64,000 nucleotides of DNA, from positions 2,048,001 to 2,112,000 of the forward strand of contig CAXXQS010000002.1 of NCBI GenBank assembly GCA_963674735.2, given 5' to 3'. This document shows positions 10,479 through 25,211 of this stretch, one piece after another; within the stretch, counting starts at the first letter, position 1, and each line of letters starts with the position of its first letter. The notes beneath the pieces were generated by a model. That model saw only the letters and a list, made by a program, of their open reading frames with translations. It searched no databases and was not told where the DNA came from. The DNA comes from Myxococcota bacterium (lineage in GTDB: Bacteria; Myxococcota_A; SURF-8). A program made the position numbers and the translations under genes.

Positions 10479-10506
10479 AAAACCGCCGTCCTGCTGGACG
10501 GCGGTT
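10479..10506 (-). terminator. Intrinsic terminator
   Basis: AACCGCCGTCC/GGACGGCGGTT stem with U-tract on the minus strand. Confidence 0.75.
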
Positions 10507-10536
10507 GACGTTTATGGGACTTGTTTCGCCTACAAG

Positions 10537-11418
10537 CTATTGCAGTTGAGCGGTTTCGGCGGTGTAGGTGAAGATGAAGCTGTAGCCCTTGGAGCCATCC
10601 CCGAAGGTGTAGTCGGGCTGGACCGCCAGCCAATAGAAGGCGGTGGCCAGGGTGATGATTTGGGCGCCGTTCTGATAGATGACGAAGGTGTTGGCGTCGG
10701 CTTCACTGATGGCTCCGGCGAGGACACCCGATTCGAGGCCGTCGAAGGTGTCGCTGTAGGTGCCGCGCAGGTCGGCGTCACGCAGGACCAGGATGGTGTC
10801 GGGGGTGTCGCCCAGAGGAATGGTGATTTCCGTACTCTCCGCCGTCTGGAAACGGCGTTCGGTATCGGCTGCTTCCACTTCGAAACTGTAGCTGGCGTCG
10901 TTGCTGAGGGTGAACTCCGCGCCGACGCGTTCGCCCGCTCCCATGAGCATGTCGTAGGGGAAGCTTAAGGGATCGGTGGTCTGGGGCGAGAGGAGCAGGT
11001 TCAAGTTGTAGTTGGCGATCTGGCTGACGATCTGTTCGTTGAGATAGGCGGTGGCGTCGAAGGCCTGCGCGCCGAGTTGCAGCACCATCAACGGTTCGAT
11101 CATGATCAAGGTATTGATACGGAAGGCGAGGTCTTCGACCGGTTCCGGTTCGGGTTCGGCTTCCTCCTCGATCTCGGCTTCCTCTTCCATTTCGGCTTCC
11201 GCTTCGACCTCGTCGTCCTGGTCACCATCGACGATGATATCGAAGTCGCCGGGATTCTGATCGCCGTCCGTCTGGGGCAGATCCTCGTCACCGTTCGCTT
11301 CGTCGCCGTCGTTGTCGTCTTGGGTGGTGGTTTCAGTTCCCGAGCAGGCAGTGACGGTCAGCAGGAGAGAGAGGGCCAACAGGATCACAAGCTTGCCGAG
11401 CAGGGGTGATTTCACCAT
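10537..11418 (-). CDS. Lipoprotein with DGD/Glu-rich linker and unknown C-terminal domain
   Basis: Lipobox VTAC; GGAGG RBS; acidic spacer. Confidence 0.8.
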   Translation of the reverse strand: MVKSPLLGKLVILLALSLLLTVTACSGTETTTQDDNDGDEANGDEDLPQTDGDQNPGDFDIIVDGDQDDEVEAEAEMEEEAEIEEEAEPEPEPVEDLAFRINTLIMIEPLMVLQLGAQAFDATAYLNEQIVSQIANYNLNLLLSPQTTDPLSFPYDMLMGAGERVGAEFTLSNDASYSFEVEAADTERRFQTAESTEITIPLGDTPDTILVLRDADLRGTYSDTFDGLESGVLAGAISEADANTFVIYQNGAQIITLATAFYWLAVQPDYTFGDGSKGYSFIFTYTAETAQLQ

Positions 11419-11549
11419 GATTATATCCTCCTGGGATCGAATGGGTCGGGTGATTGTGTGTGGGCCGGGACCACCCGTTTTTTACATGCCGGTCATATAC
11501 GTGTTTGTAGCACAGTCCGGGTTTGGGGACAAGCCCTATGCGGGGTGTC

Positions 11550-11689
11550 GCTTGCGGCAGGGTCTTTTGCAGGCGGCCCGCCGTTTGCAGGCCGTCCCCG
11601 CGCTTGCAGTCCGGATTTTGTCTATGGGGGGTCGGCAAGCGTTGCGCCGGCGCAAACCGCGCGCCTCGGCAAAGACGCCCGCCGCAAGC
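11550..11689. other. ~140-nt imperfect long hairpin in intergenic region
   Basis: Nested pairs GCTTGCGGC/GCCGCAAGC, GTCTTT/AAAGAC, AGGCG/CGCCT, GTTTGC/GCAAAC, CGCTTGC/GCAAGCG. Confidence 0.6.
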
Positions 11690-11715
11690 GGGTTTGAGGA
11701 CGGTTCGCCGGTCGG

Positions 11716-12285
11716 TTATTTTTCGGAGATGCGGGGCGGCTTTTGGGAGCTTCGGAGTTGGTCGAGCAGCCGGTGGCGGGCTTTTTCGAGAAAGCGCAGA
11801 ACGGGGCTTTCGAGGTAGTCGGTGTAGGTCCAGGGCAGGGCTTCGAAGCGACCGTGGCGGTAGATAAGGGTGAGTTCGGCGTAGACGCCGCGGTCCAGGT
11901 AAATGCGTTGCGGGAAGTTTTTGGCGGTGGACAGCACGAATTTTTCGGGCATGAGCAGGCCGGGGTCGATGTTGACCGGCCGTTCGTCGGGCGTTCCGTG
12001 CGACTCGGCCAGTTCGCGTTCGATGCGTTCGGCTTCGTGTTTGACTGCGATCAGGGTATTGCGATCGACCAGGGAGGCGAAGCTGGCCATGCTTTTCATG
12101 AGAGAGCCGCCCATTTCCTGTTCGTAGTAGGTGGTGTGTTGAAAGGGGATCGGTTCGAGGCGTGCTTCGATATGGCCATGGGCGAGGGTGAGACGCGAGA
12201 GCGCCTCTTTCAGGAAGTCGTATTCCCGGTAGAAGAAGTTGTAGATCAGTTTGACCTTGTCCGGGTTTTCATTGATCAGGCTCAT
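11716..12285 (-). CDS. DUF4416 family protein
   Basis: F.HT.YY..EMG, R.VNIDPG, L.T.KNF..RIYL..G.YAE, PWTY.DY. Confidence 0.88.
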   Translation of the reverse strand: MSLINENPDKVKLIYNFFYREYDFLKEALSRLTLAHGHIEARLEPIPFQHTTYYEQEMGGSLMKSMASFASLVDRNTLIAVKHEAERIERELAESHGTPDERPVNIDPGLLMPEKFVLSTAKNFPQRIYLDRGVYAELTLIYRHGRFEALPWTYTDYLESPVLRFLEKARHRLLDQLRSSQKPPRISEK

Positions 12286-12307
12286 CCTTCCCACCCACCG
12301 AAAAAGG

Positions 12308-12349
12308 GCAGCCCGTTCCTGAATGACGAGGGGTTCGGGAACGGGTTGC
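12308..12349 (-). other. Hairpin immediately downstream of gyrB
   Basis: GCAGCCCGTTCCTGAA/TTCGGGAACGGGTTGC. Confidence 0.5.
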
Positions 12350-12353
12350 GGTT

Positions 12354-14786
<2,433 letters not shown>

Positions 14787-14981
14787 TTAATCCTCACAGG
14801 AAAATTGAATGATATCGGTGGGTTGCGTATTACGAATCCACTTACTGGAATTTACCACATCCGCCCTATTTTGTAAAGGAAAAAGCGCGCGTGGAACTCT
14901 TTGTAACCTGTTGAATTTATTGGCAAATTACTTTGACTGGGGCCGAGTGGGGCTTGTGTTGGCGATGCGGATTTGAAAACG

Positions 14982-15008
14982 AAAAAAGCCGGGGAATATC
15001 CCCGGCTT
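14982..15008 (-). terminator. Intrinsic terminator of rpoZ-eno
   Basis: AAGCCGGGG/CCCCGGCTT stem plus U-tract. Confidence 0.85.
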
Positions 15009-15031
15009 GGATGAGTCGTGCCTGGTTTGCG

Positions 15032-16563
<1,532 letters not shown>

Positions 16564-16794
16564 GAGTACTCGTCCCTTCTTCAATCACCCCCGGGGTGAT
16601 AATGTCGTGCCCATACAATGGTTGAGATTCCAATCCTGGGGCAGATGTCAGTTTAGGGATCGGAACGAAAAAAGCAAGTGAAAATCGACTTTCCCTGCAC
16701 GAATATTGGAGGGGCAAACACCTTGACGACGGGACGCCTTGAGGACGTCCCGTCTCGGGTCTCGGTGTGTTGCGCCAAGGCTGAAAACAGGTGT

Positions 16795-19515
<2,721 letters not shown>

Positions 19516-19554
19516 ACCGATCCCCTTTCGTGCACGTGAAATGAAAAACGATCG

Positions 19555-20925
19555 TTACATCCGTTCCTTGACCGGCTTGAACGGATTGTCCTTCGTCAAC
19601 GATTTATAGGCCGGGCGCATGATTTTGCCGGGGTTGCTCATCAGTTCGACCCGGTGCGCCGCCCAGCCGGCCACGCGCGCCATGGCGAACATGGCGGTGT
19701 ACACCTCGCGCGGGATGCCCAGGCAGTCGTATACGAAGCCCGAGTAGAAATCGACGTTGGAACTGATGTGCATGTCGGGAGTGTTCTTGTGCTCGCGCAC
19801 CACGTCCGGTCCCAGCATTTCCACCCGGCGATACAGCTCGAATTCCTCTTCGCGGCCTTTTTCCTTCGCCAGCTTTTCCGCATAGCCGCGCAGGATTTCG
19901 GCGCGCGGATCGGAGAGGGTGTAGACGGCATGGCCGACACCGTAAATTTTGCCCGCGCGGTCGAAGGCCTCGCCCTGCATGAGTTTGAACAGGTAGGCGC
20001 GTACTTCGTCATCGCTGGCGGTGTTTTTAACCTTGCTTTTCAGATCGTCCATCATCTCGGCCACGCGGATATTCGCGCCGCCGTGCAGCGGACCGCGTAA
20101 AGAACCCAGCGAGGCGGCGATGGCCGAGTAAAAGTCGGTGTTGGTGGAGGAAACGACACGGGTGGTGAAGGTGCTGTTGTTACCACCACCGTGGTCGGTG
20201 TGCAAAACCAACGCGATGTCGAGGGTTTTGGCCTCCAGGTCGGTGTACTCGCTGGTCGGACGCAACAGATGCAGGAAGTTCTGGGCGGCCGAGAGCGAGG
20301 TGTCGGGCGTATGAATGATCAGGCTTTTGTTGAAAAAGCCGTGCTGAATCGAGTAGTAGGCGTAGGGCACCAGGGTGTTGATTTTGGCGATCAGGTCCAT
20401 GGCCTGGCGGATCTGCGTGGGGACATCCAGGTTGTCGGGATCTTCGTCGGCGCCGTACAGCGTCAGTACCGAGCGCGACAGGGCGTTCATGATGTCCGGG
20501 GTGCGGAAGGTCTGCAGCACGTCGCGGGCGAAGTTTTTGCGGACATGGCGCAGTTCGCCCAGTTTGGCATGAAACTCTTCCAGCAGGGATTGAGTCGGCA
20601 GTTGACCGAATAGAAGCAGGAAGACGGTCTCCTCGAAGCCGAAGCGTTGCTCCCTCTCGAAACCCTGCACCAGGTCGGCGATATCGATGCCGCGATAGTA
20701 CAAATGACCGGGCATCGGGACGAGTTCCTCATCCACCTTCTGGTAACCGATGACACTCGACACGGTTGTCAGACCGACCAGGACACCGGAGCCGTCGGCA
20801 TTACGCAGACCGCGTTTAACCTTGTATAGATGGTAGTTGCGGTTGTCGATACGATTGTTCGTTTTGGTCAGTTCGCCCATTTGTTCGTAGTAATTCATGT
20901 TTTTATCCCTGTATTTAGATCGCAT
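19555..20925 (-). CDS. gltA: Citrate synthase
   Basis: YRG, DHGGGNNST, GPLHGGAN, GVGHAVY..DPR, NVDFYSG; start may be 20898. Confidence 0.93.
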   Translation of the reverse strand: MRSKYRDKNMNYYEQMGELTKTNNRIDNRNYHLYKVKRGLRNADGSGVLVGLTTVSSVIGYQKVDEELVPMPGHLYYRGIDIADLVQGFEREQRFGFEETVFLLLFGQLPTQSLLEEFHAKLGELRHVRKNFARDVLQTFRTPDIMNALSRSVLTLYGADEDPDNLDVPTQIRQAMDLIAKINTLVPYAYYSIQHGFFNKSLIIHTPDTSLSAAQNFLHLLRPTSEYTDLEAKTLDIALVLHTDHGGGNNSTFTTRVVSSTNTDFYSAIAASLGSLRGPLHGGANIRVAEMMDDLKSKVKNTASDDEVRAYLFKLMQGEAFDRAGKIYGVGHAVYTLSDPRAEILRGYAEKLAKEKGREEEFELYRRVEMLGPDVVREHKNTPDMHISSNVDFYSGFVYDCLGIPREVYTAMFAMARVAGWAAHRVELMSNPGKIMRPAYKSLTKDNPFKPVKERM

Positions 20926-21208
20926 TTTACGTTCATCAGATCGGCAAGAGCGTCCCTTTTATTTCGGATTTTCCACGCGAATGCGCAGCGGCAGCCGCAT
21001 GGCCGTCAATCCCAGTGTCCCGGATGCATCCCCCCGCAGTGCTCACCTAAGAGCCTGCACTTTAGCAGATCGCGAGGCGCTCGGCAAGCGGTCGATCTCC
21101 TGGGCCGGGAAACGGCTTATCTTACTACCTTCATGAGATATGATTGGTGCCGGTTTCCTTCCCAACTGGAATGGAAAATGTTAACATGGCGATTGAATGG
21201 AGAGAGAA

Positions 21209-21931
21209 ATGGCCAAAAAACGCAAAGCGTCCCGCAACGCCAAGGGGGGCGCATCTAAAGCTAATTCACCTGAATCATTCAAGAATAGTCCCTTCAAGGG
21301 CTTGGGTGTTGTGGCCGTCGAGCCTCCGCCCGCCAAGCCGTCCCAACCCCAGGCTTCGCCCCCGCCGGTGGAGCCCGAGGCGGTCTTGAGCGATGAGGAG
21401 TTGTTTGCGCGCGCCATGGACGGCACCGCGAAAATTCCCGACCGCAGTCGTCCGCCGGTGAAAAAGCCGCCCGAAATCTTCAGCGAAGACGAGGAGGCGC
21501 AAGCGGAATTGGAGTTCGTGCGCTTTGCCAAGGGGGAAGTGCCCTTCGACATCTCCGATACCGATGAATATCTGGAAGGGCGGGTGCGCGGTCTGCCGCC
21601 GCAGGTGCTCAAGCGGCTCAAGCGCGGCGAGTATGCCATTCAGGGACAGCTCGATCTACATGGGCTGACCCGCGAAGAGGCGCGCGATGACATCGATCGT
21701 TTTCTCACGAACAGCCGCGCGGTCGGATTGCGCTGCGTGCTGATCATCCACGGACGCGGGCTGCACTCGAAGGATCAGATTCCGGTGTTGAAGGAAAGCC
21801 TGCGCAGCTGGTTCGAGCGTGGCCGCGGCCGCATCGGGCGTAACGTCTTGGCCTTCACCTCCGCCCGCCCGGTCGACGGCGGCCTGGGGGCGATGTATGT
21901 GCTGCTCAGGCGGCGCGTGTCGCCGGGGTGA
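21209..21931 (+). CDS. Smr/MutS2 domain protein
   Basis: LDLHGLT, IIHGRGLHS, GG.GA.YVLL. Confidence 0.93.
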   Translation: MAKKRKASRNAKGGASKANSPESFKNSPFKGLGVVAVEPPPAKPSQPQASPPPVEPEAVLSDEELFARAMDGTAKIPDRSRPPVKKPPEIFSEDEEAQAELEFVRFAKGEVPFDISDTDEYLEGRVRGLPPQVLKRLKRGEYAIQGQLDLHGLTREEARDDIDRFLTNSRAVGLRCVLIIHGRGLHSKDQIPVLKESLRSWFERGRGRIGRNVLAFTSARPVDGGLGAMYVLLRRRVSPG

Positions 21932-22033
21932 ACGGCGCGCCGCGCGTCCTCGGTGGACTCCCATGCGAAAAACCTTACCTATCCGCTTTCACGGACCTTC
22001 TCCCACAGGTTGTCCAATTAGTCGCTTCATCCT

Positions 22034-22059
22034 GTTGGAGCGCGTCTCCGACGGGCTCC
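22034..22059 (+). repeat. GTTG-led REP-like palindrome
   Basis: GTTGGAGCGCGTCTCCGACGGGCTCC, identical to 39233-39258. Confidence 0.75.
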
Positions 22060-22066
22060 CCGCTGT

Positions 22067-23032
22067 TTAGATTCCGTCGCCGTGGCCGTATAGGTCGTGG
22101 CTGGCGCGGGTTTGCAAGACGCGCGACCCGGCGGGGACGTCGTCCGTTAGCCAGACGTTGCCGCCGATGACCGCTCCGTCGCCGATGACCACCGGGCCGA
22201 GAATGGTGGCCCCGGAATAGATGATCGCGTCGTTCCCGATCTGCGGATGGCGCTTGATACCTTTGATGGGGTTGCCCTGTTCGTCCAGCGGGAAGCTTTT
22301 GGCCCCCAGCGTGACACCCTGGTAGAGGCGCACGTGGTCGCCGATGATGCAGGTTTCGCCGATCACCACGCCGGTGCCGTGGTCGATCATGAACGATTCG
22401 CCGATCTGCGCGCCGGGGTGAATGTCGATGCCGGTATTGGCGTGGGCGTACTCGGTGATGATGCGCGCGATGATGGGCACGTTCAGCTTGTAAAGCTCGT
22501 GCGCCAGGCGCTGTGCCATGGTGGCCGCCAGGCCCGGATAACAGAAGATCACCTCGTCGCGTGATTTGGACGCGGGATCGCCGGAGTAGGTGGCTTCCAC
22601 GTCCAATTGCAACAGGGCCACCACGTCGGGGATACGAGCCATGAAGCGGGTGGTGATGTCGGAGGCCAGCTCGTCGCACTGGTTGCAGGACTCTTTGCTG
22701 CCGTCGCATTGAAAACACAGGCCCCGGTGAATCTGTTCTTTCAGGGTATGGTGGATGTTGTCGAGGATCGCACCCAGGTGAAAAGGCAGGCTCGCGGCAT
22801 CCACGTCTTCGGGGCCGAAACAGCGCGGAAAAATCACGGAGCGGAACTGCTCGACGATATCGATGATGGCCTTGTGCGACGGCAGGGGCTTGCAGGTGGA
22901 GCGCCGCACGCCGTTTCGTCCGAGATGACAATCGGTGATGGCCTGCACGATCTGTTCGAGCTGGTTGCGATGAAAATGGCGCTCGTCGCAGCTGTCTCCC
23001 TGGCGGGTTCGCAACGGATCGGTCGGGTTCAT
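22067..23032 (-). CDS. cysE: Serine O-acetyltransferase (CysE/EpsC type)
   Basis: GDPA, YPG, IDIHPGAQIG, IDHGTGVVIGET, KRHP; AAGGAG RBS before 23032. Confidence 0.93.
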   Translation of the reverse strand: MNPTDPLRTRQGDSCDERHFHRNQLEQIVQAITDCHLGRNGVRRSTCKPLPSHKAIIDIVEQFRSVIFPRCFGPEDVDAASLPFHLGAILDNIHHTLKEQIHRGLCFQCDGSKESCNQCDELASDITTRFMARIPDVVALLQLDVEATYSGDPASKSRDEVIFCYPGLAATMAQRLAHELYKLNVPIIARIITEYAHANTGIDIHPGAQIGESFMIDHGTGVVIGETCIIGDHVRLYQGVTLGAKSFPLDEQGNPIKGIKRHPQIGNDAIIYSGATILGPVVIGDGAVIGGNVWLTDDVPAGSRVLQTRASHDLYGHGDGI

Positions 23033-23154
23033 ACGATACTCCTTGCCAAAGCCCCTAAAACAATCCGGTTGATTAGATACGTTTACCCCTTTCCTGTATG
23101 CCATTTTTTCGACTGCGTCAACCGTAGACTTCCGCAGCGTCGACCGACACGTCC

Positions 23155-23337
23155 TAGGGCGTGTCAATTTTGATTTCGTCTCGAGGAATCTTCGATCGAT
23201 GATGGGTGGCACGGGCTAAACCGTCAGGTTTGCCCGTGAAAACAGCATGGGCAAGCCAAAGGCTTGGCCCATGGCACCCCGCAAACCGAATTATCGTGGG
23301 TGGAAAACGGTGAAAAGCTTAGAACTGAATCGCCATG
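23155..23337. mobile_element. ~183-bp element, copy 3 (orientation B)
   Basis: Same core and TIRs; lies between divergent cysE and folE-like genes. Confidence 0.85.
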
Positions 23338-23416
23338 GACACGGCCCGAGGCGATTGTTCCCATCCGCGAATCGTGCTACACTCGACCCGATTTCAACGC
23401 GAGCGGGAGAGAAACC

Positions 23417-23995
23417 ATGACGAAGCAGGGAGAGCAGGAGGTGCGTCTGGCGCAGGCGGCCGAGCATTTACGCAAAGCCTTTTCGATCATGGGGGTGGTC
23501 AGCCCCGACGATCCCGAAACCGATCGGACGCCCACCCGCGTGGCGCATTTGAAAAACGATCTGTTCTGGGGGCTCGATCCGGCCCGCAAGCCCAAACTGA
23601 GCCTCACGGAAACCGACTATCGCGGCTTGGTTTTGTTGAAGGATCTGCCGTTCTATTCCATGTGCGCCCATCACCTGCTGCCCTTTTTCGGCACCGCCGC
23701 CATCGGCTACCTGCCCAGCGGCAAGGTGGCGGGCTTGGGCAGTTTCCCGAAATTATTGTCTTATTATGCGGCGCGTCCCCAACTTCAGGAACGCCTGGCC
23801 GAACAACTGGTCGAGCACCTCGACGCCGAACTGAAACCGCAGGGGCTGATCGTGCACCTGAGCGCCCGGCAGATGTGCGTCGAAATGCGCGGCGCGTCGA
23901 GTCCCTGCCAGGTGGACGTCACGGCGGCGCGCGGCAGATTGTACGAGGACGAAAGCGCACGCCACGAATTCTTCAGGCGCTTGGCCGCCTTATGA
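23417..23995 (+). CDS. folE: GTP cyclohydrolase I-like protein (divergent)
   Basis: TP.RVA, SMCAHHLLPFFG, RPQLQERL, MCVEMRG. Confidence 0.8.
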   Translation: MTKQGEQEVRLAQAAEHLRKAFSIMGVVSPDDPETDRTPTRVAHLKNDLFWGLDPARKPKLSLTETDYRGLVLLKDLPFYSMCAHHLLPFFGTAAIGYLPSGKVAGLGSFPKLLSYYAARPQLQERLAEQLVEHLDAELKPQGLIVHLSARQMCVEMRGASSPCQVDVTAARGRLYEDESARHEFFRRLAAL

Positions 23996-24008
23996 TCAAG
24001 GAGCGGGA

Positions 24009-24941
24009 ATGATGACGCCGCCTTCGCACTGCGATGCGCTGATTCTGGGTGCCGGTCTGGCGGGTGTGAGCGCCGCCCTGTGGCTGGCCAAGTTCAAGGT
24101 TTCCCATCGTCTGCTCGATCAAGCCCCGCAATTGGGCGGCGAACTGTTTCGCGTGCATACCCCCATTCGCGATTACCCCGGCCTGACTTTGGCCCATGGC
24201 CGCGAGTTGCAGGCGCTTCTGGATGCCCAGGCGCGGGAGTTGGGGGTGTCGTTTTCGGGCGGCGTCACCGTGCAGCGGGTGGACCTCGACACACGGACGG
24301 CGGAAACCTCCGCCGGAACGTGGTCGTTTCGGGCGCTGATCATCGCGTTGGGACTGCGGCGGCGGCGGCTGGCCGTCCCCGGCGAACGCCAATACTTCGG
24401 TCGCGGTGTCACCGATTCCGCCAGCGCACATCTCGACGAACTGGCCGGACGGCGCGTGCTGGTGGTGGGCGGCGGCGACGGGGCGCTGGAGAACGCGCTG
24501 ATGTTGGCCGAACGCTGCCCCGAGGTGTGGGTGTCCATGCGCGGCACGGTTCCGCGCGCGCGTGCCGAATTCGTCGAGCGGGTGGCCACGCAACCCACCA
24601 TTCATCTCTGGCCGCAAACCCGCATCACGCGTTTCACCGGCGATGGTGAGCGGCTCACCGGCGTCACCCTCGACACGGGTCGTCTCATCGAGACGCATCC
24701 GATCGAGGCGGCGGTGATCAAGATCGGTTTCGAACCCAATACCGACCTGTTCAAAGGAGCCGCGTTCCCCCGCGATCCCGAAGGCACGCTGACCGTCGAT
24801 CGTTTCACCTACACCGGTCGGCCGGGTGTGTATGCCGTGGGCGACATCGCCAATCCGCATTCGCCCAGTCTGGCCGCTTCGGCGGGGGACGGCGCCCGCG
24901 CCGCGCGCGAGGTGTACGAGTGGTTGAAGCAGGCGCGTTGA
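24009..24941 (+). CDS. Thioredoxin-reductase-like FAD/NAD(P) oxidoreductase lacking CxxC
   Basis: GAGLAG, GGGDGA, YAVGD; VTDSASAH at the CxxC position. Confidence 0.85.
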   Translation: MMTPPSHCDALILGAGLAGVSAALWLAKFKVSHRLLDQAPQLGGELFRVHTPIRDYPGLTLAHGRELQALLDAQARELGVSFSGGVTVQRVDLDTRTAETSAGTWSFRALIIALGLRRRRLAVPGERQYFGRGVTDSASAHLDELAGRRVLVVGGGDGALENALMLAERCPEVWVSMRGTVPRARAEFVERVATQPTIHLWPQTRITRFTGDGERLTGVTLDTGRLIETHPIEAAVIKIGFEPNTDLFKGAAFPRDPEGTLTVDRFTYTGRPGVYAVGDIANPHSPSLAASAGDGARAAREVYEWLKQAR

Positions 24942-24969
24942 GTTATTTTTGAACGACTAATGGACGCAT

Positions 24970-25100
24970 GTTGGAGCAGGGCTCCCGTCCTGCTCTGTTT
25001 GTTTGTCTTCCAACAAGGCTCCAGCCTTGTTTCCGGCGGGGCCGATTGTGAAGAAAGATCAAGACAAACCTGCGGAGCATGACAGAGCCATGCTCCTGCT
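24970..25100. repeat. Cluster of three short REP-like palindromes
   Basis: GTTGGAGCAGG..CCTGCTC; AACAAGGCT/AGCCTTGTT; GGAGCATG/CATGCTCC. Confidence 0.55.
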
Positions 25101-25154
25101 TAAGGGAACTCTTACCCAACCGAAACAGGCGATTTGCCGTCCGTCACCCCCACG

Positions 25155-25186
25155 AAAAAACGCCCGCCCCTTTGCGGGACGGGCGT
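25155..25186 (-). terminator. Intrinsic terminator
   Basis: ACGCCCG(C)CCC/GGGACGGGCGT stem plus U6. Confidence 0.75.
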
Positions 25187-25211
25187 CGGCATGATCGAGT
25201 CGAGCGAGTGG

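Noticed and set aside
11550-11689. 6S or SRP RNA call
   Set aside because: No SRP domain IV motif, no clear central bubble and no typical gene context; left unassigned
23032-23417. N-terminal extensions of cysE and folE
   Set aside because: They run into the repeat element; better RBS-linked starts exist at 23032 and 23417
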